Positions 1 through 14,575 are shown, numbered from the stretch's first letter. The stretch: DNA of 64,000 nt from Octopus vulgaris (GCA_951406725.2 OX597817.1:45570001-45634000); one strand, 5' to 3'. The notes: a model not told the origin generated them from the letters alone. Numbers and translations: made by a program.

Positions 1-590
1 CCCAAATGTCGTCACTGTACTACTTCAACATTCGGGACAGTGTTGTTGCTAAAACAAATTACAAGGCCATCCTCAAAACAGACTGCCCTGAAATAAACAT
101 AGAATATTCCTCTGTTATGAAATACATTCATAAGCACCAACTCAAGGAATACTGATGGGATATTTGCATCAAAACGTCTGTCAAATGAAACAACAGACCG
201 AATATTGTTGTTTGGGACAGAGGGGCAAAGGTATGTACAATCATACAGGTCAACCTGGTATAAATGTCTCTTTGAAGAAAAAACAGCATATCTATGGACA
301 TCTGCTTTGAAACCTCCAGCTTCTATATCCAGACTGTGAATTCATATGCATACGAATAATAATTTGAGCGCTAGGTTTCGTACATGCTTAAAAGAGAATC
401 TGGATAAATTGGGATTTTCAGAAAGAGAAATTGACCGGCTAATTCGTAGATTACAAGTGGAATCTGTGAGTGAAACAGTAAAAATATGCCAGACCTTTCT
501 CAAGTTCCAAATGTCTGTGTTAATTACAACCCAAACATGAATCTTTGTATCGGCTCCCTTCCCCAGTGGATAACCTATGATATTTAAAAA
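1..590 (+). mobile_element. Decayed 3' part of an RLE-type (R4/Dong-like) non-LTR retrotransposon, cut by the window edge
   Basis: Translation across stops/frameshifts gives MSSLYYFNIRDSVVAK...EY*WDICIKTSVK*NNRPNIVVWDR..KVCTIIQV...NLQLLYPD...LKENLDKLGFS..EIDRLIRRLQVESVSETVKICQTFLKF. This matches the RHD / RPD-D/E restriction-like endonuclease layout. Confidence 0.8.
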
Positions 591-599
591 TTAGAAGAG

Positions 600-1212
600 A
601 GATACATGAAACATGATGCTGTAGCTAGGTCATTGTATAATGAGATCCGTCGAAAAGATGACGCTGAGGTCAAAGCAATAAAAACCTAAATTACTATAGA
701 AGTCATAGCCACTCATAATAAAAAGGATTACTGGTGGAATGTCCAAGTGAAAACCTCAAAAAAATGTAAGCATAAGAGATCTGAGAGAGGAGTTTTGGAT
801 GGAGTAGAGAAGCTGTATACACTTGTGGAAATCAACTGCTCAACTGATGTTAACATAAAGCTAAAGATTATCAGAAAAAAGATTACCTACGCTGAGCTAT
901 TGAGGAATCTACAGCTACTCTATCCAGATTGTCAGCTCAGGTTTATACCTGTAATTATTGGAGCACTGGGATCTATAACAAACTGCCGAAATAGCAATCG
1001 TTAGAAATTAGGGTTCTCAGAACAAGAAAGGAGAAACCTGTTTCAGATTATTCAGACTACAGATCCAAGATATCACTGGAACTGTAGAAATCTGTAAACC
1101 TTTCAAGGATTTTATCATTTAAGCATATATGAACATGTCTTGACATGATATTTTATACGCATGAGAATATATACATTAAAGAATACACAAATCTGAACAT
1201 ATACATACAAAC

Positions 1213-1265
<53 letters not shown>

Positions 1266-1370
1266 AAAAATATTCTGTTTGTTTTGAAATACCTGTGAAG
1301 GAACCTTGGATCTATGTTAGACACCGACCCCTTCTCTATTGGCAAGAAATTTTGAAATAAAATTTTAAAA
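600..1370 (+). mobile_element. Second, diverged RLE-type non-LTR 3' fragment with 3' UTR containing (ATAC)n
   Basis: MKHDAVARSLYNEI...DYWWNVQVKTSKKCKHKR..LVEINCSTDVNI..YAELLRNLQLLYPD..FIPVIIGALG..KLGFS..LQIQDITGTVEICK (ORF 747-1004 is part of it). Paralogous to 1-590. Confidence 0.8.
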
Positions 1371-2220
1371 TAAGTTATATATATAACACAACCTACCCAA
1401 GAAAGAAAAGAAACGCAACAAATCTATCATAGGTTCAGTTTAATACCATTAAGTATAGAGATAAAAATAACCACAGCTCGCAAAATATGCATAGACAATT
1501 TTTTTGTTTTATTGTATTCACTGGAACAATTGACCGCTCGTTATCAGTTAATTCTAATCTAGGATCTATGAAATATAATTACTGATCTGATAAAGCCGTG
1601 ATACATATGCGAAGCCACACAATTTAAACTAGTTCATGAAAAGTTTATTCAGTATTTGTATCACTATCGTTAAATAGTTTAGAAAATGACAATCTGAAAA
1701 TACTGAACGTCAACACACAAACGGTTATCAAAGTAATATTTGATATACCTTACGCGATTTCTTCCGACAAAAAGAACTATTAGTTTCCGACCTATCGACA
1801 TAGGAAACCATATATCTAGAATGTTTTGCAGAATAATTCTGAAAAGCTAAATATTTACACCGCACTTCTGCTTACTGAATGAAACCTTTGAGTAATGTTC
1901 TTATAATAATATTTTTAATTGGTACACTTGGTATGGTGGAATGCAGACTACAAAGACATTGAACTTTTGCTAATTATCCAGTAAGTATGTCAGGATCTGT
2001 AACAACGTTACCATTCATTCATATACTATTTCGACACATATAATTTATATTTGGATATGTCTCTAAGGAGATGTTCCAAGAAGGACGTCTGTTAGTTTAT
2101 ACCTTAAATCAAGAATTATTGAAATAATTCTAATAAAAAATGTATACAATTATAGAAGTAATGATGAACGTATGTAGATAGCACAAGTGAAATGCAATAT
2201 TTTGTGGAGAGGAGTATTGT

Positions 2221-2222
<2 letters not shown>

Positions 2223-2290
<68 letters not shown>
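2223..2290. repeat. (TA)n microsatellite
   Basis: Seen directly. Confidence 0.98.
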
Positions 2291-2294
<4 letters not shown>

Positions 2295-2729
2295 AGACAC
2301 ATACTGTGTTATTCTCCTTGTCCTGTCTTTTAGTGTTTTTATTTGTATTGCTTTTACTGTCTTATTTTGTTTTTACTGTCCACTTCTTGTCACCATTTTT
2401 ACTCCTCCGCAAAAAAATCCCAAATTATAATTAATTTGCTTTGCGGGAAGGAGTGCTTGAACGACGTCGTGTCTTGCCCTTACCTTCGAAACACGGAGTA
2501 GTCGAAGCAGGGGCAGCTAAAGAACGGGAATGTTCCTTGTGTTGTATGTCTTGTACTCTGCTTTTTCGTTGTTTGAAAAAGTCCGTTTCCATGTGTTTGT
2601 TTTTATGTTTTCGCTTCTCGTTGGGTTCTACATGTTTTTGGTGTCCTGTACCCATTTATGCATGTATATATACATATAGAAGTAGGTATGTATATATGCA
2701 TATCTTTATTTATTAATTTGTTCTCTCTA

Positions 2730-2766
<37 letters not shown>

Positions 2767-3749
2767 TTTAAATATTTGTCTAAGATTGATAACTGTAGGA
2801 ATAATTGAAAGAAATGTAAGCAAGGAAGCGTTAGAACTAATAAGTTATATTAAATATGCGATCACAGGTGCAAGATGTCCCACACTCACAGAAACAGCTG
2901 CGTTTTCTTTTATGCAGAAACAAAATGAAATTCTTTTCGTGGCGAATTCTCTGATTCTCTTTGCCATTTGTGGTTGTTATATCAGACCAAAAAGGTTGTA
3001 ATTACCATAATAATGTTATCAGGGGTCTATTATTGTAGAGATAAAAAGCTTTTGTTGCAAAGATTTGCACGATGTTAATGAAAATTGTAATAGAAAAAGG
3101 GCGAAATATATAAAACATAGGTTAAAAATAGCCATTATCGCTATGCTGAAGAGCAGAAATAATACATATGCCTCTAAATGGACAATAAACCCTAGATGAA
3201 GCTATTGAAATAATGAAATTAAATATGATTAAGTATTAGCAATGCATTGGCAAAAGACGCTGGTTTCATCAGAAATTTGAAAGTGAAAGAGAAATATAAC
3301 CGAAGCAAGAAACTCTTACTTACCAGAGGACTCAACTCTAAGAATATAACAACAGGTGTTAATTGATTAGCGATAACTGTAATAGGATATAACTTAGACG
3401 TATATAATTGGGAATATTCACTGAAAAGCATATTAAGGATGTGTACAGGATTAACGACATTCAGATTACACATCCGAAAGCAAATGATATATTTTTTTTC
3501 ACATTGGTTAGGAAGTAGAAGTGGATTCGATAATGTAGCATAACACGACAATGCACACACACACACAAACGCACACACACACACACATACACACACACAC
3601 CATAAATAGGTTTGGACATAAGAAAAAATAATTACAATTAACCAACACATCGACTTTTACTATTATCAACTCTGACAAAGATTAGAGAGAAAATGAAGGC
3701 AAAAAAAACAAAACTTTGTAACCTAATCTGAAAATGCAATGTCATACCC

Positions 3750-4156
3750 ATTTCTTTACTACCCACAAGGGACTAAACACAGAAGGGACAAACAAGGAAT
3801 TAAGACGATTACATCGACCCCAGTACGTAACTGGCACTTAATTTATCGACCTCGAAAGGATGAAAGGCAAAGTCGACCTCGGCGGAATTTGAACTCAGAA
3901 CGTAAAGACAGACGAGATACCTATTTCTTTACTACCCACAAGGGACTAAACACAGAAGGGACAAACAAGGGCAGACAAACGGATTAAGACGATTACATCG
4001 ACCCCAGTACGTAACTGGCACTTAATTTATCGACCTTGAAAGGATAGGATGAAAGGCAAAGTCGACCACGGCGGAATTTGAACTCAGAACGTAACGACAG
4101 ACGAAATACGGCTACGTATTTTGCCCGGCGTACTAATATTTCTGCTAGCTCGCCAC
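3750..4156 (-). mobile_element. tRNA-derived SINE family A, internal dimer
   Basis: Reverse complement of the GGCGAGCTGGCAGAA head, B-box GAGTTCAAATTCC, central GACTTTGCCTTTCATCCTTTCGGGGTCGATAAA domain (Meta/MESC-like) and tail ...TTGTGGGTAGTAAAGAAAT. The body is duplicated. Confidence 0.9.
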
Positions 4157-4814
4157 TTTCATACAATTTTATACCGAGGAAATGTCTTGCTCAGTAAATG
4201 TATCGTATGCGGGAAGCCGCAATAAAACGTGAAGGGATCTAACTCCTCTTTCTGAAGCTTGGCTTTAAAGGTTAATGATGCGACTGTCTCAAATCAACAC
4301 TAAATCATCGATGTCTACACGACAAATGTAATTAGCCGATGAACTGCCAAATATCATTTTGTTACCTGTTCCCATAGATATTTGTCCATTTCTATTCGAT
4401 TGTCAAAATATATTCCAATGATAACAAGAACTAATTCAATCAACAAGCACAATTGCTAGAAAAAATTTATCTTGTGTGTAATCAACGTAATATATGATGT
4501 AGTTTAATATTGGTGGTTTATCTCTACCAAGGAGTGCAAAGAGATCTTCGTTACAGAGCAGGAAATGTTAAGATATACGATTATCCGAAATTTGTAAATT
4601 CTTTTTGCGCGTTTCCTCGCATTTGGCCTTGAGCTATAAATGGAGAAAAACTGTAGTGTAGAATGTAGGTATTTGATATCTACATGTAGCGTATAGGCAC
4701 TGACAATTCCGTGGTATTGATTATAATAATATTTTTATAATCATACACATAAAAATTAATTATACCAATATGCTTTTTGTATACGCTAACTACTGATAAA
4801 TTCATGTTAATGAA

Positions 4815-5042
<228 letters not shown>

Positions 5043-5952
5043 CATGTACAAACACACACACATATTTGTGTATGACAAATGCACATATGTATGTGAATGT
5101 TCTTCTGACACGAATATTACTATTCGTCAGGAGTCGACATTTGTCATTAAAGCCATTCCGATAATGACTTGTCAATGTCTGCTGTTTCTTATATGTTTAA
5201 TTTTCCTTCTCTTTTCAACCAAGTCTGTCTAGCAAGGTCGCTGCATGTTGCCACTATTTTGCTCCAATCATAGAAGAGTATTTCTTCTGAAAATAACAGT
5301 TGTTGAAAGCACGCTCTCGCATAAATATTCGTTCACCTGTAAACTGTTTCCGAATGTTAATTTTCTTTCTTGAACATTCTGCTTCCTTGTATAAAACAGG
5401 AAATGTCTCAGCGTAGTATACAAGGAACCGAGTAATAAATACTTTCTTCATATTTTATCGGCAGTTCTTCTCACATATCTCCAGTTTTTTATGTGGGTAT
5501 GTACTTGTGTCTTGTCTGTGCATTGGCGCTCGTGTGTTTCTGTATATATTCGTTCGCACGAAAGTGAAAGTATGCGTATATGATAGTGATAGATGCAAGC
5601 CTAGCTTCCTGGTTGTAATTTACAAACACACACACAGAGACACACACATAACTGTATATTATACACACACATCTATTAATAAGAACATCTCAAAAGCATT
5701 TTGATTGAAATATAATCAGGTATAATGACAACGAATTTATATACATATATACATATCTTCTCGTACAAGGGCAAATATTTCACGAGAAAAAATAATTTCC
5801 GAAAAATTAATTTGCTAAGTATTATTAATTTTGTTATTATATAGTATGACTATTTTAAAATATAATAATAACAGAATCAATAATATAGACGGTTGCAGGC
5901 GCAAGAAAAGCATGAAATAGCTGAAGAATTAAAATTAATCAAAGGACATACT

Positions 5953-6403
5953 AAGTATGGTTACCTGCTGGAAATAACAGTAAAAACGCTTATTTAAATC
6001 GCCAAAAATACCCTGATAATAACTACATAAATCGACTGAAAGCAGATCAGGTAAATAAAATCTCCTAGCGTACATTTAAGTATTTAGTCACACGTGAACC
6101 GGTTTCTACCTTAGCTGAATGGCAGTGTTGTCTATCATAGTAACGCCTTAGCTTCTTCGGCACGCGTTACCATGATAGACAACACCGCCATTCTATCGAT
6201 TTGAAGTCTGAGGCCCAACCGATTCGTTTTGCGCCGAAATCAATTACATACAATGGCGATTTTTTGCCAGTGCAGAAACCGATCCACGTCAGTCCAAATA
6301 CTTAAATCTAAGTCAGGAGATTTTATTAACCTGGTCTGTTTTCAGTTTATTTTTTAGCTATCATCAGTGTATTTTGGGTGATTTCCAGCAGTTAGACATA
6401 CTG
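5953..6403. mobile_element. Palindromic MITE/foldback element (~450 bp)
   Basis: Left arm AGTATGGTTACCTGCTGGAAAT...CTGAAAGCAGATCAGGTAAATAAAATCTCCT is an inverted match to the right arm AGGAGATTTTATTAACCTGGTCTGTTTTCAG...ATTTCCAGCAGTTAGACATACT. Near-perfect central hairpin at 6117-6193. Abuts (TA)n. Confidence 0.8.
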
Positions 6404-6447
<44 letters not shown>

Positions 6448-7026
6448 CTTCCTCGTTCTCTCAGTTTCTTTCTTCCACTCTGTCAGGCAGACACACATAC
6501 TCAAATACACACATATCGTCGCACACAAATTCCGCTTTATTTTTATACCAAAACCTAGATTCATTTCTCTTCTTAATTTATCAAATACCCGCATTAAGAT
6601 ACAGTACAGGAGTTCTGTCTCTCTCTCATTATCTTTAGTATTCAATGAAGATATTTTATTTTATTTTCTCATCACTCAAATATCACAATCTCTCAGTTAC
6701 TCGATCTATTTCTCCAGCATGTTGTTTCCTGTCCACTCTTTTTTCACTGTCTGTTCACATCACACTTTGTTTCAGTTGAAAAACGAACTTCATCACAATT
6801 CCACAACGTTGCGACACCCCCACACAGATACACGCAGACACACACACACATACATACACACACACACACGCACACTCACACACACACATACATTCATATA
6901 TGTTCAGAGATCATGTGTTTATAACTGAGAGCCCCCGTATCTCATGATGATATTGTCGAATATGAAATAAAATTATATAAACAAAAAATAGTTGACAAGA
7001 AGCCAATTTTATACATAACTGCAGAC

Positions 7027-7185
7027 ATGTCTCTGCGGTAAGGAGTTTGCTTCCCAATCATACGGTTCCGCGTTCAGTCCCATTCCATGTTACCTTGGTC
7101 AAGTGTTTTATACTATAGCCTCGGAGCAGACACAGACTTTTCAGTGGTTTTGGTTGACAGAAACTGAAAGAAGTCCGTCGTGTAC
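7027..7185 (+). mobile_element. tRNA-SINE family B (CORE-like), truncated/decayed
   Basis: GGTAAGGAGTTTGCTTCCCAA..GTTCAGTCCC..ACCTTGGTCAAGTG..CTATAGCCTCGG..GAAACTGAAAGAAG, homologous to 27273-27678. Confidence 0.75.
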
Positions 7186-7215
7186 ACACACACACTTAAA
7201 CATACACACAAACAC

Positions 7216-7247
<32 letters not shown>

Positions 7248-7430
7248 TGAGAAAAATACCAAAAGTTTTGAAAAAATGTCGTCAGAATTTTGGAAAAATA
7301 AAATTATTTCTTCATTATCAAAACAACTCCATACTACACAAATACACCTGAATAATTACAGAAATAAGCATTATATTTCTGATATTAGAATTATATTTAG
7401 AATAAAAAATGTACTGTCTCTGCTTTTCTT

Positions 7431-7960
7431 TCAAACATTCAACTTTGGAGAGAATTTTTTTGATGAAATGTAGTTCCGTTGCTTTTCGGTATAGCAGATC
7501 GTCTCGTGCACATTTTTAAAAGGGAACATTTTTGAATTTTCCGTCGATGCATATTTCCAGATGCTTACTTAATGAAATTCTCTGTAGTTCCTCTTGTCGG
7601 ATATGTTGCCTGTGGATTCTTGCACGTTGTCAGAGGGAATTATTTGTTTCGCCAATGTAATTTGCTTTGAAATTTGGGTAGGTAATGCAGTATATGAAGT
7701 TTTGCGTTTTGTAGTTCATATCTGCTTTTATTTTGAAAAGGGATCAGCTCTTCAACTTTTACGTGGGAATTCTAATTCGTTCTCTGATTTGAATTCTGCC
7801 CGTGTGAGGTGTTTTAAAGATATTTTGATTGGCGTCCATTATTCTGTAACATGTTTTTTTCAATCGTATTTTTTTTCATTTTGGAGATCTGTAGGAGTAG
7901 AGGCAAGTTCGATTTTATGAGGTGAAAAACGATGGTTATGCAAGGACTGTGTGTATTAAC
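7431..7960 (-). mobile_element. Penelope-like element remnant: linker plus GIY-YIG endonuclease (pseudogenised)
   Basis: Minus-strand translation LFKIKADMNYKTQNFIYCITYPNFKANYIGETNNSL*QRARIHRQHIRQEELQRISLSKHLEIC...RKATELHFIKK..PKLNV*. IY..YIGET..R..H..E..PKLN is the GIY-YIG signature. Confidence 0.88.
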
Positions 7961-8139
7961 GAACGAAATCGTGTTTTTATTAAAGCAAGTACCAGGTTTA
8001 GAATATAAAAATACAGATATGGAATCATTGGACTAAAATGTTTTCTGGCCTTTGCCCCAGCATGGCTGCAGTTTAGTGAGTGAAACAAGTAAAAGATGAA
8101 GGATAAAAGATAACTTCCACAACTTATTTAGAAAGTATT

Positions 8140-8436
8140 CTTTGTTCCTTCTCGAGCCATGCCTGGCACATTAGGGCCGGTTTCTCGGTTTCGTTGAAGT
8201 ATAAGTTCCCCACCTGGACCATCGGGCCGTTGCTGGTGAGCTGCAAGATGCAGGAGCAAATAGTGAGAGAAAGGTGTGGCGAAATAGTCAGCAGAAGTTC
8301 ACCATTACCTTCTGCCGGAGCCGGTTGGAGCATAGGTGTTTCGCTCATTAACACACACATCGCCTGGTCTGAGATTCCAACCCGCGACCCCTCGACCGCG
8401 AGTCCACTGCTCTAACTACTAGGCCATGTGCCACCA
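8140..8436 (-). mobile_element. tRNA-SINE family C
   Basis: Reverse complement begins TGGCACATGGCCTAGTAGTTAGAGCAGTGGACTCGCGGTC (A-box, tRNA-like). Homologous to 21774-22080. Confidence 0.8.
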
Positions 8437-10204
8437 ATTTAGAGGTATACTAATAGCTTAATACAAACCAAAATTCAGCACAACTACATGATACGTCAGA
8501 TGAATCATAAAATGTAGGTAATAGATTTTCTATTAATCCTTACAGACATTTATTCCGCAAAAATTGAGCAGTTTCTCTTCATGTTGAATACATACTTTAT
8601 TAATTCTACTAATGTGATAAGGTTTCCATTGGACACGTTTGCCATAAACCATCGTATAATCAAATTACTAAAGACACCACTTCATGTCAGTGTAATTATT
8701 CTTGCTCGTCCTGTGACATATAACATTATTACACTTTTTATTGGAATGCTATATGCATCCATTTATAGAACATTGCGTTTGAAGCAAACGCTTCGATGTT
8801 TTGTAAATTGGTGAAGATATTCTTGTCAAGATTAATTCCTGAAATATGGTCGTCACGAGTATTTTGGGTGGGTATACGTTGTACCTTCTTTTGGTTTTGA
8901 AATGATCAAAAAACACTATCTTTAACTGACATCACAAATGGCTTGCTTGATTAATAGTTTATATGATTTTCTGTATTTCTGTTTCCACGAGATATTCTAA
9001 AGATCATCTCATCATTTAATAGTAATACAAGTGTTGATATATGACACAGTAGTCGTCTGAATGATTTATCTTTGGTTTAACATCATTTGTGTTTTCCTAC
9101 TTTTTAATATTGTGTTATTAATTTTAGTTGTGTATCATTGTTTATATAGAGAGGATATGAAGGAAAAATCCACGCTATTCTTCGTGTACGTGTCTCGATA
9201 TATTATATCGTACTTCACATATTATCAAATTATACTCGTAACTAGATTATTACCTGTTTAATACTGGCTAGATATGCAATAATTGGGCAAAAGGGAACGT
9301 TGCATTGAACGTGTGTAATTGGTTACTTAAGAATATCAGGTACAGGACAATATATGCAAATGCACATATGTGGTTGTGAGTGTATGTGTATCTACGTCAC
9401 ACGTAAACGTACATGGAAATTACATGTACTGAAAAAATAAGACAAATACGAGTATAAATTATTAGTTTATATATATATATATATATATATTTACTTTTTC
9501 ATAATTTTATTACATTTAGAGAACGGCCATGCGTGAACATCAGTGGAAATGGTCTAATTCGATAATATCAAACGCATGTAATTATTTCACATTACCAGGT
9601 AATTTCTCGCGCTCTGTATTGTTCGATTCGCTTATTTAAGGGATATGATAAGATAAACCATTAAACAACATCAGTTTTGGAAGCACTCACATGAATGCCT
9701 GCACGAGCAAACATATACAGACATAAAAATAATGGACAGAAATCATCCCCTTTTCTGTATCAAAATTCAATCATCGTACATTATACAGGTTTCGGACGAA
9801 ATATTAAATACACCATGTTCAATGGAAGTTTAATACTGAAGAAAAAGTTCTCTCTTTGGCATCAATCATAGATTTATTACGGTGAGATATTGACTTGTAC
9901 ATGTTGTAAATGGTTACTTAATGGTATTTTCTGCAAGTAAAACGTGATAAAGCTCTTTCAGCAACCATGGAGCAGGGGAATGGTATATCGTTTGCTGCTC
10001 CAAAACGCACCGTAAATGGTCACGTATATTGCGTTAAGTGTTTATGGAAACCAAACCATGAGCCCTACTTCAGCTCTGTGCTCTTCTTATTAGCTCTGAA
10101 CTCTAGGCATGTGAATCGGTTCATTATCGTCCTACAATATTCCGCTACCATTACGAACAATTTTTACAACACAGAATGGAAATGAACGACTAATATATTT
10201 AGTT

Positions 10205-10392
10205 GCCATGACAGATCGTTAGCTACTACACACATTTTTTCTCTCCTTGTTTTTTTTCTGTGTATCTTTCTGTGGAAGAGCGTAGGCTCGAAATGTAAAA
10301 TACTTTTTCTATTCCTGAGCGCTATACTAATACATTTGTTTGTTTGTACACCACCTGCCTTCGTCTTTTGTCTATTTTCGTAAACTTTCCTT
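10205..10392 (+). mobile_element. ~190-bp non-coding repeat with hammerhead-like motif (family H), copy 1
   Basis: Homologous to 14425-14575, 21142-21337 and 34988-35180. Motif TTT-CTGTGGA-A-GAGC-GTAG-GCTC-GAAA-TGTA-AAA at 10267-10300. Confidence 0.8.
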
Positions 10393-11198
10393 TAATATGT
10401 TTAATCCTGGGCATTCACCTTACCATTTAGAAGAAGCAATGAGAATTCAATAACAGGTTAAGGGTCAAACAATCAGTGTTGAAGGCATGTTTATGTATTC
10501 TCTATACAAACCAGGCACGAAGTGGGAAAACCGGTGACTAATAAAATACCAGAGAAAATGGCTTTCTTATATTGAGCTATTGACCATGTATAATAGTCTA
10601 GACACGTTTTGTCCGTTTTCTATGTATGATATGCATATACTGTCAAGAAGGAAACAAATTCATCGATACAGGTTTCAACTCTTGTTAAGCAATTACGTCC
10701 TCCTACTTTTGTATATTTATATATTTGTTTTGACAACAATAATGTTTTGAAGAAAACATTGAATTGTCAGTATTTCGACAGCATTATTGATAGAAGAAAA
10801 ACGATGATTGCCGAAGATTTCATTATACACAAAAAAAAACATAAAATAATAAAATAATCGATTAATAAAATATAGCATAAGTTGATTGAAATAAAAGCAC
10901 TATACATCCATAAAATGTAAAATGATAAAATATACACACAAACCCATAAATTGTGTGGGTGAGTGTGAGCATGTGTGGTTATTTATGTGCATCTGTGCAT
11001 TTAGGTGAGTGTGTGTGTGTGTGTGTGTGCATGTGTGTGTTGAGGTATGTATATTGCTGTCATTGTATAAATGATGCATATGTAAACGTCTGTCAATTAT
11101 TGGTACGCCATGAAATGTTTTTCACAAAAAACGTATTCAAAAACAATAAAACACATGTTCATAAATATATGTGTATGTATAGATATATAAAGTTGAAC

Positions 11199-11199
<1 letters not shown>

Positions 11200-11275
<76 letters not shown>

Positions 11276-11300
11276 ATATATATGTATATATGTATATATG

Positions 11301-11348
<48 letters not shown>

Positions 11349-11429
11349 AATATACATATATATATACACATATATACATATATAGATATAGATATATATA
11401 TACATATATATATACATATATATATATAA

Positions 11430-11474
<45 letters not shown>

Positions 11475-11593
11475 AAACATCGTTGCATATTGATATATAC
11501 TCAAATAAATAAATACATATGTATATATGCACATATATGTTGATATATATTTGTATACATGTGTGTGAATATATATATATATCTGTGTGCATG

Positions 11594-11640
<47 letters not shown>
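11200..11640. repeat. Long compound (TA)n/(TG)n/(CA)n microsatellite block
   Basis: Seen directly; it generates many spurious IY-repeat ORFs. Confidence 0.95.
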
Positions 11641-11641
<1 letters not shown>

Positions 11642-12059
11642 CTTAACTGTGTACCGTCTACATATGTACCTACACGTATGCATACATATTCATGTATAGA
11701 TGTGGGAAGAAATATATTTTAACATGACAACCACTTTGAAGCTTAACAATGCAATTATGTACGCTTTCAGACAACATGACATACATTTCAAATGGACCGA
11801 TAGAAGGCTCAACCAATAAAAATGTAACGTTGAACGAGGTTAATGCGCAACTACATGTATGCAAATATATACAATTATGTGTCCATCTATGTGTGTCTCT
11901 GCGAGTACGTGAAAACCTGCATGTGTGTTCTTGTTTGTGTGGGTGTTGGTGATTATTTGATTTTCAATACAGAAGGGACAAGTGAGCACTTATGTTTGTG
12001 TGTAAGTTTGTTGCAATATGTTTTGAGAGCTTGCCTCAATGCCGTTCAGAAAATCAATA

Positions 12060-12103
12060 TATACACACACTCACACACACATACACACACACACATACAC
12101 AAA

Positions 12104-12142
<39 letters not shown>

Positions 12143-12800
12143 ATATATATATATATATATATGTAGACAGTTATAAATACATAAACACTCGCACATACGA
12201 GTACCAGAAATATAGAAATATGCTTTCAGAAGAGACAAATTTGTATCGATGTATCTACTAATTTGTCATGAATATACAGGAGATGCGTCTAGTTATATAC
12301 GTTGTGATCAATTCTTCCGTATGTCGATAATTCTTCAATATATACATTATTCTCATCACCCGGCTTAGATATCCATGTATGTATAAATGTGTATGTTCAG
12401 ATATTTCAATACAGATTCGTTGAATCACACACACTCTCAAAAACAAATACATATGCATGGTTATATATATATATATATATGTATATATATGTGTGTGTGT
12501 ATGTTTGTATATATATATATATATATACATGTATATATATATATACATATGTATGCATGTATATATATATATATATGTTTATATATATATATACATATGT
12601 ATGTATATATATATATATGTATATATATATGTGTGTGTGTGTGTGTGTATATATGAAGAGAAAGAGAGAGAAATATTACGTATATAGACACACACAGACA
12701 CACGCACACACGCACACACATATATATATACATGTATAGGTATTCATATATACATATACACACACACAAATATATTTGCACTCACGCACGCACGCACACA
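12060..12800. repeat. Compound (CA)n/(TA)n/(TG)n microsatellite-rich block
   Basis: Seen directly. Confidence 0.9.
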
Positions 12801-14424
12801 TTCACTTACCTACATCCTCATATATATACATAACCTTTTAACTTTATTCTTGCGTGTGGTGTTTGAGCTTGTTCTCATCTATTTCTCTGCGAATGCGTGT
12901 ATATCTGTATCTGTATTTGTGCATATGCTGTTTGCTTGCAAAGATGGCTATACTTGTGTTGTGTGGACTCTCTGTTTCTTGTTGCGCGTGATTTCGGCGA
13001 TGTGCTGTTATCTTTTTTTTTTTTAATTTAATACCATGTATATCGAATTTATAAGGCAATTAAGTATTCATAATTTTCGTCTGTATAAAGAAATTGATTC
13101 GTTTCTCTTTGTGATATATGAAACAATTGTTATATTTATTACTAAAATATAACTATGAATCTACTGAATAAAAAAAAAAAATAATAAATGCATATTTCTA
13201 ATATATTTTTTTTTCCTTTCTTTAGAATTGTTATTTTTGAAATAAGTTGGAATTATCATCTTTATAGTAACATACAATTCATATTGTTTCGTAAACTATT
13301 TGTTATTGATTCCTATTAAATTTCGGGATTGTAATATTGGATAATTTCTTAATAAAATCACATTGAATTTATCTTAGAATTTAGATAAGGCCAGTACAAA
13401 TGTATATATATATATGTGTGTGTATGTGTGTTTAAGATGAATTATTATTTCTAAAGAAAAGTTTATATCTAGTGACTTTTTCCTCAATGTGCTTTTCTCT
13501 TTTTCTATCTCATTTTGATATCTTTATCAAGAATCTTATTTCGTATTGCTGTTTCTTCTGATGTTTCCTCACATATGTTGTTATTTTTTGGGGATTTTTT
13601 TTAACATTTTGTATTAACTGTAACAAAAATGTATTCTTATCTCAAATGCAATCTCCAATATTACTTACGGGCTTCTTGATAGTATTCATTTAATAGAAAA
13701 TATTGCAGTATCAGATAAATAAAAAGGAATCTTTAAGTATTTTTATTTGTTGAAGTAAAAACAAAAAAAAACCCCAAAAATTGACCTAGCAGTGTAAAAG
13801 CATTTCGAATGCTGTACCATCCATGAAAATATAAGGTCATTATACCGAACAAATGTATCTACATCCTTCCCTCCCGCTGGGTCTACAATTTTACAAGTGA
13901 TAGGTGAAAGTGTTTGCAACCTTATGAATATAGGTAGGTGTGTCCTCATTTTATCACGTCGGGTAAAAATCCTTACATGAATTAATTTTGATCTCAGTTG
14001 CTCTTTTAGCTACCTATTTGAAGCAATATGTATATCTTCATTTTGCGACACGCTTTATTCATAAAATCATTATACTAAACAGGCGGTTTAGCAAATGAAT
14101 TACTTGCTCCTGAAGTTATGTGTAAATTTTTAAGCATGCTACTGAAAAGTGTAACCATAACAGTTTATTATGGTGATTACAGTTGCCCCGGTGTATGACA
14201 AGGTTTTACCCTTTGAATTGCAAGTACCAACCGACTAACAGGCTTCCATACAGTTTCCATCTGTGCAATTTCTCACAAATTATGGCTTCATCAGAAGTTA
14301 CAATAAAATACATACACTGTATATTGTGGAGCTAAATAACTGATTGAATTAGTTAACACAAAATTGCGAAGAGATTGTATGTCTATATGAATATGTGTGT
14401 GTATATATATAAATATCATTCTTT

Positions 14425-14571
14425 ATTTTCTCTCCTTGTTTCTCTCTGTGTTCCTTTATGTGGAAGAGCGTAGGCTCCAAACATAAAGACGTTTTCACTT
14501 CCCTAGCGTTATGCTAATACATATGTTTGTTGTCTACACGAACTGACTTCGTCTTTTTTCTGTGAATTCTT

Positions 14572-14575
<4 letters not shown>
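14425..14575 (+). mobile_element. Family H repeat, copy 2 (decayed core), abutting (TA)n
   Basis: TGTGGAAGAGCGTAGGCTCCAAACATAAAGAC plus flanks homologous to the 10205 copy. Confidence 0.75.

Noticed and set aside
2440-2515. CGAAAC...GTC with TGCTT/AAGCA pairing in a TA-flanked island
   Set aside because: The 5' CUGANGA core is absent.
9955-9995. Possible micro-exon TTTCAG|CAACCATGGAGCAGGGGAATG|GTATAT with a Kozak-like ATG; also a small GGAGCAG/CTGCTCC hairpin
   Set aside because: Weak donor, no partner exons or recognisable protein; expected by chance.
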